From NCBI GenBank assembly GCA_030704615.1, contig CM060734.1, positions 56,854,001 to 56,918,000 of the forward strand: a DNA stretch of 64,000 nt. The letters are read 5' to 3'. This document shows, in pieces, positions 47,554 to 62,700 of the stretch (position 1 is the first letter of the stretch; every line of letters begins with the position of its first letter). A program made the position numbers and the translations under genes. A model generated the notes under the pieces. It ran no database searches, was not told the DNA's origin, and worked only from the letters and a program-made list of their open reading frames with translations. This stretch comes from Takakia lepidozioides (lineage: Eukaryota; Plantae; Bryophyta).

Positions 47554-50500
47554 TCAGTACCCATAGCCTGCACACAAGTAATAGAAAATTGTTTTTGGAA
47601 GCAATTAGAACTGAGGTAAGCTTTATGAAATGGGAAAACGGGAAAAGACAAACAACCCTTCTCCTGCACTTGACGAGCAGCAGTAGAATGGGAAAGGTCT
47701 AGATCTTTGCAAAGTACAAGTGCTCAATTTTGGAAAAGTGTAATTAAAACAACAAAAGTGTAGGTTTGTCAATAAGGAGGACAGGTCAGCAGCAAAGATA
47801 GGAGTGTGGAACCCTACCAGAGGCATCCATGGGATTTCCCGCAGGTGCTGCTGCTCCCTCTGGCAACTTGATCTCAGTAACGATGGCATCTGAAGTCAAA
47901 AAGGTCTTGGCCACCGAAGCTGCATGCTCCAGGCAGCATCTAACCACCTGCCGATTGTATGACCCACAACATTTTCATCAGCCATCCATAGAGCAGTGAT
48001 CTTGAAGATGCCATCATGTAGCAGACAACACAAAGTAAACCACCACATTGCATGCCCACGTTACCACTTTAGGGCATGCAAACAACCTCACAGTCACACT
48101 GTCACCATTCGAATTCTTCACATTACTGCCCAGGTCAATGATCTAGTTATTTCATCCCTTAGGATGAATCACAAAGTTAAACTCCTGCTGGTAATAGGTT
48201 GACAACTACCTTCCGATGCAGTTCTTGTAAAGAATCACAAGAGGTGTTTGAACATTGTGCCAGGAGAGAGTGGAGGGTTCTGGCAAGGCCCCCCGCACCT
48301 GAGGAAGGCTTGAAGTTGAAACTTAAGATCAGGTTATATGTTTAGACTTAGAAGGAACGAACAGGCTGACTAGTATTATAACATCTTTCCACCCACAAAG
48401 TATCATAAGTGTTATAACAGGCCCGGGATCACTAATGTGCAGGAGTTTCAAAACTAGGTCAAACCAGTGGGAGAATATAATGAGAAAGGTTAGGCGTATC
48501 AAGCGTAGACCAAGTCCAGCCCAAGTCTTCAAGGAATCTAGAGATTCAAGTTAGCAAGGAGGAACAAACCTTAGTGGGGTCGATGATGCCAGCTGCCATG
48601 AGATCCTCATACACTCCTGTAGCGGCATTGTAGCCGAAGCTTGGATTGCCATTGGCCAGCACCTATGTGTTACCATGTAGACAGATTAGTGAGCTAGTAC
48701 AATTCCCAGCTACATCTCTATATGTCTTGGTGAACCAAAACAATAAGACATTCACAGGAATATATCTACTCCACAATACAACACGAAACAAAATTCGAAT
48801 TAGTCGAAAAGTACACTTTCTTTCGAAGACGTAGCAAACCCTTGACTGTCCATGCAAGACTGATTACTTATACTTTGTATTTCCTTTTGAAGATAACAGA
48901 CTAAGAGATTGCCTATAGATAGTGACTTCAAGGGAACCAAAGCATCTGACCCTCCACAAAGAGCTCTGCCTTTCCATATCATACATACGATGGTGATTCA
49001 TTATCGCTGGCGATCCCCAAGTATTAGATAGTACTCATAAGACGTTGTTTGCCGTAGCCTTGTGGCCATTGACCCCGCGCCCAGTTTGAGCGGGAACAAA
49101 AGGGACAGAACCTACCTCTGTCAGGGGCTGACGTTGGTAGTAAGACTTACCTCCATATAAAGAATTAATCCGGGTTTTCCAGATATCCTCTAGAAATCCC
49201 TTCACACAAGCATCAATCTGCTGTGTGTGATTTGCCCAAAAACTAGGCCTCAGGAGGGCCTGGGCTTTTGGCTCAGCCTCGAGACTTTCAAAGTTGGTAA
49301 ACAGGGGTACAGGCACAATTCCCTTAATAGATTTGAAGAGAGCGTCTCTTTGGTGAGAGAACCCCGGACAGTGTATCAGAAAATGAATACTGTCTTCAGA
49401 TTGCCCACACAACGGGCAATTGCACTCTCCCCAAGTATTAGAATAAAAATGTGGACTGCCTGCTCTGGCAGTCCACAAATTACATTTTAAAGTAAAAAAT
49501 AAAATATGGGAACTGCCAGCCCTGACAGTCCCCAATATACAACAAAATGCCTGTAAGAGCATTCATCATAGCAATACCAGTTTTCAACCATTTTGGGGCT
49601 ATCAAGGAGAGGACAACCCCACCTTTTCAACCACCACGCTTCCATTCACACCTGCATTCTTCGCAATCAATTTCAAAGGGTAGCTCAGGGCACGTCTTAC
49701 AATGTCTGCTCCAATCTGCAGTAAACACATTGCCCCACAAACCATTGGAGTGAGTCGTCTGGAAAATGGAACTAGACAATATGTTGAGAAACCAAAAAGG
49801 GTTAACTCACAACTGAGACTGGCATAGTTTGCATCAGAAATCTGACAACTGACACAGCCACCATGTAATCTCATCCAGACAAATAGGCAGCCAATTGGAG
49901 ACACGCATCCATTTACTTACCTTTTGCTCATCGTTCTCAAGAGAGGACTTGATGGCCTCTACTTTGCCAGCAAGTCTCAAGAGAGTGCACCCTCCACCAA
50001 CAACTATCCCCTCATCCACCGCTGCCTACAGAACACAATTCACAAGTCAAGAAACAAGGTAGGTAGATGCCACTTTCAAATTAGAAATGGCAGGGGCAGA
50101 TAAACGTTGCAGTGGCGAGCAGTTCGTGGTTTCCTATACAGTGCATAAGAAGTGCCTGAAACCATTCAGTGGTAGCCTGGTTGTTGAACCCAAGAGTTAG
50201 CAAGGGCACCCATCTGATGCACAGCACTCCACTCATATGCCATGCCCCACTGACACGTACACTCTGCTGCTTTGTCCCGCTACCACCAGATGGTTGACTA
50301 AACCATCCCTTGGTAAGCGGACATGTTTAGTTTGCCTGTTGTCCAAGTAGGGGCAGGGGAGTCACTGCACCATGAGACCAGGCAGTTGCAGCTCCCACTG
50401 CTCACCCCGTTTCTCCCAACGGAAGTGGCTCACCTGGCACATTATACTCTACACAAATAAGCATGCCTGAATCACCAACTATCAATGAAATAGCTGGTGA

Positions 50501-53500
50501 TGCAGGAATGCCTCTCCAGCCATACCTTTGTCGCATTGAGGGCATCCTCAACACGCAACTTCTTCTCCTTCAGCTCTGTCTCTGTTTGTGCTCCAACCTG
50601 TCCACCAAAAGCAATCAACAATCCTCACAGTGAGTGAGTAGTTATGTGAAAAACATCCCATGCAGTAACAAGTGACATGACAAAAGGCATGACAACTCGT
50701 GGCACCACATTCCGCAACCATTTGCATGAATGCAACAACGATCTCCCAGTCAGAGCTGGAGCCAGCACAAATGCTCTACCTGGATGATGGCAACCCCTCC
50801 TGACAACTTCGCAATCCTCTCATTCAATTTCTCCCGCTCGTAGTCCTGGTCGGCAGCCTACACCCACATGTATGCACCACCATCCTCTGGTGTTAGATTA
50901 TCATGCAAGTTGCTACAACAGGTAAAACTATGAGCTAGATTCCAGTAAGACGACAAGCTACGACAGGTCAGACCATGGTCACTACTCTGGTACATATCCC
51001 TACTATTTCAATCCTCTCAGATATGGACTGCATACAGCATTTGCCAGCCAAAGACGTACATAAAACCTCTGCATAAACAGTCCCAAGCGGAAAAGCCCTT
51101 GACATCATCAGAACTAAACATTTCCAATCATAATGATGATAACAATTAAACCCGCTCACCTCAATCAGACTGCGTATCTGAGCCACGCGCTTACTGACAG
51201 CATCTTGTGTGCTGCCATCACCCACAATCGTGGTCGAATCCTTAGTAAGCTCCACCTTGGCTGCAGTACCCAGCACTTCACGTCCGACTTTATCTAGCGC
51301 TAGCCCAATCTCATCCCTAACCACCGTACCTGTTGCATGCCATTTCACCAGTTCAGAATTCTTCACAAGCAGAAATATGAAACTGCTTGAATAGTTTGTT
51401 GTAACTTCAAGCAACTTGTCATGCAATGCCAAATTGTACCAACACCAACAAACAGTGACTCTGCTTGTTACAGATCACTCATTCACCCGCAAACAAAGAG
51501 GAGACTTTTCTCATGAAGAACAACAGCTTTATGCTATATGAAGATAGCGGGAGCAAACACATGATACCAGTTACCACTAGATGAGGATTTCTTTGAAGTG
51601 TTGAAGTTAGGGACACCATCTCTACTCTACTCATACACAAATACTCACCTCCAGTGAGGATGGCAATGTCATCCAGATATTGACTCTTTCTCTCTCCAAA
51701 CCCAGGTGCCTTGAAGGCAGCCACTTTGAGAGAACCTCGCAGCTTGTTTACAACCAGGGTTGCAAGGGCTTCCTGCTCTATGTCTTCTGCGACAATCACG
51801 AGTGGGTACCCACCACGGATTGCATCCTCAAGAATTCCAATCATGTCACGAGCAGTTGTGATCTTCTTATCCACCAGTAAAAGCTGCTTGCATTGCACCA
51901 ACCAAAACTGGCATGTCAGGCCTCTATTCTTAATACAATAAACAATAAAACCATCACGAAGCCCCAAAATCATATTGATGACCTTCAGCAGCTGAAATGT
52001 ATCCATGGAAGGAAACCCCACTAAATGAAAAAATCGTGAATTGTTTGTTTGCACGGGACATGAAGCACACCTTGCAGTTGTTGTACTCAACAGTCATCTT
52101 CTCAGGGTCGGTAACGAAGTAGGGTGAAATATAACCACGGTCAAATTGCATACCCTCCACCACATACAAGCTGTTCTCTGCACTCTTGCCTTCCTCCAGT
52201 GTAACTACACCCTTGCGCCCCACCTTGCCCATGGCCTCTGCAATCATCTGTCCCACTTCAAGATTGTTGCCCGCACTCACTGCTGCCACATCCGCCAACT
52301 CACTGTCCTCCACCTGCCATGATCAATCCCAGAAGCAGAATGCGCCTGTAAAGCTCCACAGTAGAAGTTCTATCCGGCTTGTTTAGGATGGGCAGATTGA
52401 TAATGCCCCAACTCATGTGTATGGGTTTTGCCTTTGTCCATCCAAAGTGGGCACACAGTCTGCGGCCAGAAATCTTTAGTAATAATCAGCAGATGTATTT
52501 CCTCTCCAGAGGACATTTCCGTTTCCACTCCCCATCAAAGATAATAAAACCTAAATTGAGTTCATTCTTCAACACACCCATAAGCCTGTGTCACCATGTC
52601 TGTCACCACTCTTCCTTTTGATTCTTTCCAAGTAGTTGCATGAGGGTATATGTGGGGATTTAGACAACCCAAGACTTACATCCTTGGAGAGAGCCTTGAG
52701 CTCCTTGACAAGGGCAGTCACTGTTTTGTCAATGCCTCTGGTGATCTGGACGGGATTCGCTCCTGCAGCTACCACCTGCACCCATCCATCTACTCTCCAT
52801 TTAATACAGCCAGTAACCAGAGTGCCCCTGTACAGACAATGACAGCATAACAACTCAACAACCTAATTAGCACTACATTTACTCTGTATTTAACGAACAC
52901 AATGGGGTGGATCCTAAATAAAAATGGGGATGGCTATCACCTTCACACCCTCAGCAATGAGGCCTTGAGCAAGCACAACAGAGGTGGTAGTGCCATCACC
53001 AGCCAGGTCATTTGTTTTGGCTGCTGCCTGCCGCACCAACTTTGCACCAATGTTCTCGACCGGGTCCTCCAGCTCAACCTGCCAACACACATACCAGATC
53101 CATAACACATTAAACGATCTTTTAACAATGATCAAACCCTGGCAATGCGTCAAGGAGGATAAGATCTTCGGAGAAAAGACAATTATCACAAAATCAGTGC
53201 TTTGGGCTCCAAAGCTTCTGACCAACATCCAAACTATCACAACTGAGAAATAAAGCGAGTCTCACCTCCTTTGCAACAGTTACACCATCATTCACGATTT
53301 TGGGCGATCCATACTTGCTCTCCAGCACCACATTCCGTCCCTTTGGCCCGAGGGTCACACCTACAAGGTCTGCCAGTTTGTTCACGCCAGCCTGCAATCG
53401 AGGCAGAACCTATTAGCTTGATCTACCATACACACCCAGCAACCAATTTCAAGACCAGGTGCACTCCTTGGCCAGTAGGACTCCAAATTCATACATATGC

Positions 53501-53898
53501 CAAGAGGAAACCAACTGCCTGCCCTCCATCCCCAACCCCCCCTGCAAACAAAACAACAGGAACCCTGCAGCTAGTAGGCAACCATGCCCGATAGAGTGGG
53601 GGTTCTGACTTCTCTTCAAACAAATGGTCCTCAGATGACACTATACCTGCATTTTCTTGATGGCTGAGCCATCCTTGTTGAAATGGAGCTCCTTTGCCAT
53701 GCTGGTGGTCTGAACTCTATGCACCATTGTCCTGCTTTGCTGCTTGTTCCCAACATGAAAGGACACATGCCGCAAAGCTGTTGTCGAGCCAAGTGATTGA
53801 GCACCCTTTCCAGTCAAAAAGGAAGAGGGTGACACCTTGGACTTGTTGAGAGAACTTGTTGTGTGCACAGCCGCAATGCTCCCCAAAGTGGCTGCCAT
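47554..53898 (-). CDS. CPN60B: Plastid chaperonin 60 beta subunit (multi-exon)
   Basis: Ser-rich transit peptide then [68 protein letters not shown]-terminus [11 protein letters not shown]. Confidence 0.96.
49025..49545 (-). mobile_element. 3' fragment of a non-LTR retrotransposon (LINE) in a CPN60B intron
   Basis: [17 protein letters not shown] (CCHC knuckle) followed by IWKTR, typical of LINE ORF2 C-termini. Short TACT-like tail after the stop. Confidence 0.75.
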
Positions 53899-55559
53899 CC
53901 TTCCAAATCCTGGTTGGCAATAACAGGGTCAATTAGCACCCTAAATGTGCAAGGTTAAGGAATCCATGATCTCCCAAGCGATGGTACGCGAGAGAGAGAG
54001 AATAGACAGAGATGGATTTCAAAACAGAAGGCGTGCGATTTATAGGAAATATAGTGGGGTTTGAAGGACTCTCTAGAGTGTTCTACAATAATAACCATCT
54101 TCCCACTTGGTCCTCCATTACCTCGGAGAATAAATACAGACACGACAATGCCATTATCAGCCTCTGTAAGGGACTAGAACTTCAAAATCATGGGCGAGGA
54201 TAATACACCAACTGCTCCGTTTTCGTAGTTGAAACTAATGACATTCAGGAGAAACGTAATGCATGCGCACTGTGCATATCGCAATATCAATGTCACCCCA
54301 CTCTGGACCATCGGCTATTGTCCATCTCAAAGAGAACTCATATTTCTCGTTGTTCAGTACTTTACTCTAGTAGTGAAGGCACAAAGACAATCCTGCGGGA
54401 CTGCACAACATCACACTACACTGCCAATGCTCTCTTTGCCCACCCCCCTTGCACAAAAGAAAGATAACACGAACAGAACAGACCCATGGACAAAACTTGT
54501 GAACATCATAACCACAGAGACAAAACAAAAAACTAAAGACAAAAGAGGAACCCACACCAAGCTCCAAGCTCCAAGTGTTTTTAGCTTACCTCAAAATGGG
54601 AACACAAAAGAACCCACAGCTGATTGTCACCACACGTTCAATGATCGACAAACTGCACCGCGGCAAAATGAAAGGGACGAGGGAGATGGGCGATGAGTCT
54701 AGAACCTTCTCTCTCGATTAGAGGGATGAATGGGAAGTGAACTGTACAGGGAATCCCACAGATACCATTCGTAGATGAAACAGTCTATGGATCTGGCATA
54801 TTATCAGCGTCATACCGACCTAAGTACATCATGTGAGAGAAGCAGCAGCTTACTCTTCGAGCCTACAAACTTCCCCACACAACTCTCCCGGGCCATCGTC
54901 CAGTCTGATCATAGCTCATGGTTTAGCAGTGGTGCAGGAAACAAATTAATGTCCATCAGGTCGCGCAGGAGTCCATCGTCGCTAGCGAAAGAAAATGGCA
55001 GAGACTAATAAGGAGTTGATGGAGTTGATGGCCACCCCCTCAAGCTATATCCATGTATACTGACTAAATGAAGAGGTATGGACAATATCCATCTATCTTT
55101 AGCTTTCCGAGGACATCAAATTGGGGTTGGAGATAGCATTTGTTTCCTACACGAACGGTGCGAAGTTCTAGTGTTTTGCAGATTCATTCCAGGAATTTCA
55201 GCATTCGCTTCCTGGAGTATTGGAATGTCCAGCACATCAGAACCTAGCATCATACATGTGCCCTTGCCCAGGGAAAGCGTATGTCCAGCTGATCTCAACC
55301 TTTCTGTCCTGATGTCGATGTTACGGTCTTTCAAGTCTTTCGCCCTTTTACCTTATGCACATGACTAGTTCTGACCTGTAGCCCAAAGGTGATGTGTCTC
55401 TTAATTAGTAGTTCGGCAGACTTGGAAGTTCGCCTTTGGAAGATTTTGCAGATAAACTTTAAATTTTTTGCTATGGTCGCTTTTTTCTCCCTATTTTTCC
55501 CTGACAGGACAGATGTAATAAGGTTTGTCCCTGTAGAGGCGGTCCGCCAGCAGGTCCAT

Positions 55560-55583
55560 AAACCCTAAACCCTCAACCCTAAG
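55560..55583. repeat. Short interstitial telomere-type repeat / telo-box
   Basis: AAACCCTAAACCCTCAACCCTAA. Confidence 0.6.
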
Positions 55584-56711
55584 CATATATTTGGAGCACA
55601 CTATCCATCCAAGCTTATGAGATATATACCTGGTAACAGATGACTTGAAAAGTATACGGCCCCATGTCCCTTAAATTCGAATAAAGAAAAAGTGGAAAAA
55701 GAATCACATAAGGCGCGAAGAGTGGGTAACCACTGAAGCCACCGGAATCGACCACCCTGAAAAATATATTGCATAAAACATGTTTTGCATGTGTGGAAGT
55801 AAGCAGAGAGAAAGAGAGAGAGAGAGAGGATGCAGACAATAGCCGGCATAAATGGAAGTAAGCCTTGGCCATCTCAGTAGTAACTCCTCATTCATTCCAG
55901 GAGAATAGGCGAAAGTCTCACCTCTACAAAAAGAAAAAACTCTCTCCATGTCTGAGATACAATTAGCCAGACTCTGGGTGAAATACAAACCTTGTCTTCG
56001 CATCCAGATGCAACTTATGAATACTTATGGAAACAACTCAGAACTGCAGTACTAAATGGGTCCGCAAGTGCCCTATCTATATAGTGGCCACCCCATAAAC
56101 AAATAGGACTTAGCACCCCTCAAAAAATTAGCCACCATAGTTATAACAAGCCCCAAATGGCAATGGGCTCTCTTGCTTTGGCAAAACACAAGAGGAAGGA
56201 AAGACTAAGGGGCATGACTTAGCACAACACATCAATCAGCACGTTGACACAGTGTAAGGTCCTTTGACCACTTTTCTCCATTGACTGGAACATCATGCGT
56301 AGTCTCTCTCTACAAGAGAGCCAACAAAATCAATCACTCAGAGAAATGACACACAATTTTAATTTCATCAATCGGTTGCGTAGTGTCACCACCAGACTGA
56401 CTCCAGACTCATCTTGCCTCCACTATGAAGATGGGGTGGGTAGAGCTATCATCTGTGCTATAGACAAAAGTTTCAAGCCAGTTCCATGTTTGATGCTTTG
56501 TTGATTTCAAATTGGACAAGCACGATAATTCAGAGGCCATTTCATGACGGGTTATCAATTACACCAAAGCTGTAGCGATAGCTGTTGGGACAGAAATTAG
56601 ATGCGAAACTTCCAACCATTGCTCCTGTGTTGAGGACAAACCAACTCCAGTGACACCAGAAAGCATGAGCATCGCACCCCTGGTGCATGTTGCAAGAAAA
56701 CAAAGGTTGTA

Positions 56712-59700
56712 TCATCCAACCCTCCCTACCCTGCTGCGTAACCGCTTTCCACTCCCTGCCTTGGCCTGAAACAAATCTTCCTTGCTCCGTGAGTGCTTCT
56801 CTGTACCTTGGTACTTCGAACTTCCGAGATTTTGGAGGAGGTCCAAGTCTGCCAGAGCCAGCATCTCAGATGTGGTTCTCCAAGCTGTGCTTTGTGTCAC
56901 ATCCACAGCCCAACGCTCCTCACAGTCCCTCTCCACTACTTCAGTGTAGTGTTGGTGCTCCAACTTCTCACTGCATAAATTCACCCAAAACATCAAGTAG
57001 TTGTGAGTAAAAGCTTTGATGTAAAGTTTAGCAGTACAAAAGTGCTTTCAAGGTATGCAAGTTTTGAATGTCTCAAAAACAAACCTCCTTGAGACATCAC
57101 AGGGGAGATTTTAGATAAATGGTAATGTAGCAGGAAGTGTATGACCTACAAAAACCATGCCAAGATACAACATAGCCAGCATTTGCAGGGAGTGCGATTT
57201 TCTCACTTTGTTTCTGAACCTAGACCCTGTCTCCTGCAAGTTCACTTCCTTGCATCTTCTGACATTAACGTCAATGAACACATCTCAGTTCAGAGGTTCC
57301 AGAGCTGATACCTCTTCAATGCTTCAGCATTTCCTTCCCATCTGTCTGCAAATTGCTCCTGTAGTCTGCCCAACAGAGCAGACACCCTGGTTAAGCCGCT
57401 TGGCTCCCAATGGCTAATTCTGGGTCAACTCATATCACACCAGTCCCATGTAGTGTTTATATGCACCCGTCCATCCACCCACCCACCATGTGGTCGTAAG
57501 TGTGAAATGGCATACAACTAGTTTAAACATACCATGGTGAGTATCTCTGCAATTTCTTGACCTGAAGTGTCCGTGTTGACCAGCCAACACAATGATGTGT
57601 CCTTTGCTAATCTTGCCGGAATGACTGAAGCCCCTTTGGAAACAAGGTGGTTTTGGCAATGCTGTTACAACTCACTGCATAGGTCCACCGAGGCTAGCAA
57701 TGAAGGCAAAGAATGTGACTTTTGGTTGAACCCCACTGTTCACATTTCATCAGTTTGAAACATGTTCCCAAACAAACACATTTTCTTGTAAAAGCACCAT
57801 TCCAGACGCTCCTGATCTCATCAACCTTCAAAATGACATCGCATGTTATCTTACTTTATTTCCTTGTGGTGGTCGTGTTGCATTTTGTCTCCAAGTACTC
57901 GGCGGCCATCCTCTAGCCCATCTATTTCTTCCTTGGATTGCCACCTCTCAAACAACTGATCATCATCTGACTGGTGACTCCGGCCTTCATCCCTCCACAA
58001 AGCTTCCTGCAATAAGAAAAACAAGAGTTGAAAACAAACTTGCAAGCAGTCTCTCTTTCACGAACTTCATACCTCATCTTAACACAACAGGGGACAGCAT
58101 TCCACACCTTCACAGCCACCTCCTCACCCCCAACACTCACCATTTTCCATTTATGGACATGCACCCTTGTTTGACAAAGGATGCACCACCATTAACCTAA
58201 ACTACCTGACCATTTCACACAGGTACTGCAAGACACTCATAAAGACAAATAAGCATGAAGTGAAAGCTTGAATACAGCCATCACCATCCTTTGCATCCCT
58301 CCTTAAACCCCACAAGCACATATTCCCATCGACACAGACATCTGGCCTGACTAGACTACCTCTATCTACCACCATCCCGTTGGCCACTAATCATGCTTGT
58401 CCAGACCCCACCACTACACCCTCATTACTGCCGGTGTCATATGGTTGGTTGTATTGCTGATGGATTGGGGGGGTAGCTTGTGAGGGTGGAGACTCGAGGT
58501 GGATGTGGTTGTGGTGGTGTAGATAGTTGCGTGAGTGTGGGAGGGTTGAGTGAGTAGGGGTAATGCCCAAGGGAGATATGGAGTGGGGTAGTGGTACCTC
58601 TCTCACCCACATATGGTTCTTAAAGACACAAAAATGTCAACCTGGCTCCAGTTGTATCTTCAGTTATGAAGTGTTGGAAAAGGTTTTTCAACAGACTGGA
58701 CACTGAGTACCATCCACCAGTCTTCAGGAGGGTGCCAGTGGATGCAGGAAGTAACTGGGAAAATGACCTCATCCTTCATGGCCCTCTTCCAGATCTGGCT
58801 GAACACATTTGCATGATATATGAACCAATTCCCGTGCGGTAGAGCACCCTAAGACAGTCTTTCATTCAAGAGGAATTGTACAAACCAAGGTGAGACTCAT
58901 CAAAAGGATTCAAAGGCATCCTCCTCCATCCCCTGCATAAGCTCTATAGCAAGGGTTCTACAACCAACCAACTGATACAGAGGACGGAGAGGTTGGATCC
59001 AACCTCAACCTGGAATTCTAGTGAGCAATAAACAGTAACACTTACACATCTGCTTCCCAAACACCACCTCAGTTTCAAAATGGTCCATGAAGTTTACAAG
59101 CCATTACCAAGCTCAAGACAATCCAGATGAAGCCAAAAGGTACAGATGCCACACCTCAAGGCGGTTTTCAGGTTCATGCTTTGGTTCTTCCTCACACCCA
59201 TGCTGTTTATGCATAGGCTTCTCCTCAAATTCTCTCTGAAGCCACTCCCCATCTTCTCTCTCCCTTTCTTCCTGTCAGCTCCCAGCATGGCCAGTTCCCA
59301 ACGCAACCCATGTCATTCTCCCTCTCTTCTTCAAATTGCACCACATCAATTCACAACAGATTAAGAGAGGCAAAGCTACACTGATTCAACTGGTGTACTG
59401 GTGTATTGGTGTATCTTTTGGGTATTACCTCATTTCTTGCTTTGCATAGGTCATGACAGAGGTTGGGGTTTTACTACCTTTTCTTCCTGAAAGATGGAAA
59501 GAAGAAGATATATTTCCCAATTCTTATTGGGGAGGGAAAATAGCCTACATCCCTTGACCTTGCAAGCAAAGCGTATGACTCCACCAGATATATCCAAGGA
59601 AGTACAGGAGTTTAGAGTGTTTTGACAGGTGAGCCATCCGAAAATATGCCCTTCACAAACTTTAGTAAGAGAAAACAGACATAGAGAGGTCAAGAGTACA

Positions 59701-62700
59701 AGACAAATCAACTGGTTCCTGAATGGAAGTTACTAGCTTCTAAGACTCCTTACTGAGTCTGAGCACTTCCCAACAGTGGGTGCAACTGCACTCAGTTTGT
59801 GTCATATTCCCAGGAGATGTGAACAGCCCCAGCAAGCAACAATTGAGGAAATAGTTAAGCCAGAACAGAATTTGAACTGAAGCAATCTAAAGCAGCATTC
59901 AAGAGCAGTCTGTGACCACACCTACCTTCATCATGGGATCTTCCACACCAGTCAGCCCCAAATCCTCCTGGGCCTGGGCAAGCTCTGCCTGTTGCTGGCG
60001 TTCTTCCTCCTCCCTAGAAAGAGATGAAATTGCAGCCCACAACGGTGCACTGTCAAAGGAGCAACCAAAAGCCCACATCCAATCCTATCCTATCAAATCC
60101 TATCCTCTCTCACCGTGATTCTTTCTTCCCACAAACACTACCAACCACTCAATTGGTTCAACCATGACCTTTTCATGGACACTTCAAGAGAGAAAGGACA
60201 CCCACTGTCTAATTCATATTCAACATCCTTCTGTTGATGAAGAAAACAAAATAGCTTGCTGTCTGTCAAAGGAAAGAAAAGAGCCAAAACGAAACGCATG
60301 AACTGGTAACAGACTGCTTGGTCCATGCCTTTCTCCACAGAGCCACCCTGTTTAGGGCAGGCACACTAGCCCTCAGACAAGGATGAGAGATGACAAGAGG
60401 ACCACGGAATCTCATCTAGGAGTACCCTCAAGAGGGATGTTGTTTCATATTTGGAAATAGCGATTAGGTTTCGGGAGACTGTAGTATGAGAACTAATTGT
60501 TATCCTCCATGACGTCACGAAAATTGGAACTTTTCATTAGATCGCAGCGACATACCCACAGAAATGAACTGCCCTTGAGGTCCATACCCTCCGGAGAAGA
60601 AACTTATCTGTTTTGTAGATAGATAAGCATGTCCAAAATGCACTATCACCTCCTATACAGCCTCTCAACTCAGCCCCCTACAAACCGTCTGCTTTAGAAA
60701 TATTTAGCAGCTTCACTGCCAAGCTCATAACCAAACCCTCTTCCATTAAATTTGGTCTCTGTCAGAATGCTTGTCTGGAAGTTAACCAAGTCAGATATTT
60801 CAAAAAGTCTAGTTGGTTCAAATGAGCCAACTGACACCACCACCTCAGCTTGAAGTCATCTTTTCTAGACATTGTGGGGAGAGGAACTGCAGATGAGCAG
60901 ATTTGAAGTCTGGAAGCTCTGGAATTCGCTGACACACCGTTCTTGAGCGCAGGAGGCTTCACTACTATGAGCCTCTTGTTAGTGGGCACTTATTGATGGC
61001 AGCCTTCCTCACAAGGAGGATCTAGACACAACTCATGGCTGGGTTTGTGTATCTTTCTCCATCTATCTGCTTACGCTTGGCCCCATTAGCGTGGGAAGGG
61101 CTAAGGAGGGGGCAGTAAACTGGCATGCTATGATGACCATAACAGCGCCATGTCATGGATACAGTGAACGCTTTAAGATTACAATGTCAGTGAAGGTGAA
61201 ACCTATAATATACCATTCAAGAGTTTTGTCATGGGGAAGGGTGTGAAGTCACATGTGTTGGCACATACCTGGAAAACCTCTAAGTATAATTCTCTCTTCT
61301 ATACTCTTTGATTTTGGTGAAGATGTGGAAGAGAAGGGCTGACATCAACATACACCTCTCGATGATGTCTGCGGATGACTTGGCAGACATGAGGGGTGAC
61401 TCTCACAGCTGGAAGGGTTGCCTGTATTGTTATTGGCCATAGTTATCAGGAGTTTTTACTGGCAGTTTGATTGCACATGCTCAACAGGTGGTGGAAACAA
61501 GCCAAAGAATGATGTTCTCACTTCCAACTGCAGGACAATTTTCCCAGAGCAGTGACTGGATTTATGCTTTTTATTGTATTGAGATCTGCATTAGTGCTTT
61601 GTCAAAGGGCGAGCCCATGCATAGGCTCATAGTGAAGTAATTGGCACAAGAGGTAGAAAGTCTCTCTTTTCCTCCCATCTGTTCAAGACTGTCCTTTATT
61701 GCCAAATGTGGAGTGCTGGAGTGACAAGTGAACAAAAATAACACAAGATGGGAGGGATCCCACCTCAAAGCCTGGGCCCTCTCTTCCAACTTGAGCTTCT
61801 CTCGTTCAATGTGCACCAGCTCAGCCTGACGGGCCTCGATCTCAAGTCTCCGTGCCCTTTCCGCAAGCTGCTGGCGCGCTTGTGCTTCCAGCCTCTCCTT
61901 CTCAAACTTCCTGCACTGTATATTCCTCTGACTGAAGTAACTCTCTCTATCCCAGTCCACCACATAGGTTGCTTTGAAGCTTGAGCCTTCCTGAAAGGAA
62001 TAAGCTCTGTCAGTAACTAAGCAGAGAATCAGGAATCAGGTCTTGATCTATGGAGAGAGGGAGGGGACAATGAGAAGAGGAGAGAGCCAAAGCAGGACAC
62101 TCGATGCTTTTTGGTCACTGCAAAAGAGATAGATATTATTAATACATTGAGTCACAACTAAACTACTAACTCCATTTGGTTCGTGAGACAGAAAACAACA
62201 CAATTATCTGTTATTAGGGAACAACCGGACAGGCATTACAGCACCCGCTGCATTGACAGCCATGCACCATGGAAATTCTGCAGAAGCTTTGACCCCTTTC
62301 CTCCCTCTTTGCAACCCTATCAATAAAAACCCACCTTCTGCATGGCACAGCCACAAAAAGCCTCCATTGCATTGCAAAAACTGTCATGATTCTCGAACTG
62401 TACCCACACTTGGCACTGAAGTGCAGCTGCCAGGGCCCCAGGCTCTTTTGCCACTTTGCTCACATCTCCATTCCCCGTCACCTCCAGGTTCCTGGCAAGA
62501 AACAGATTCTGATGACACGGCAAGCAACATATGCTCCCCCTCTCTCTTTCTCTCTCGTCCTGTAGGGTGAGGGGAGAGTAGCACTACCCTGAATAGAAGA
62601 TGAGGCAAAGCTGCCCTTTTCTAGACAAAATGCAATCCAAAGAGTCAAACTTGTGTTTGGGACCAGCAACACTAAACACAGTCTTGCGGTTAGGGCACCA

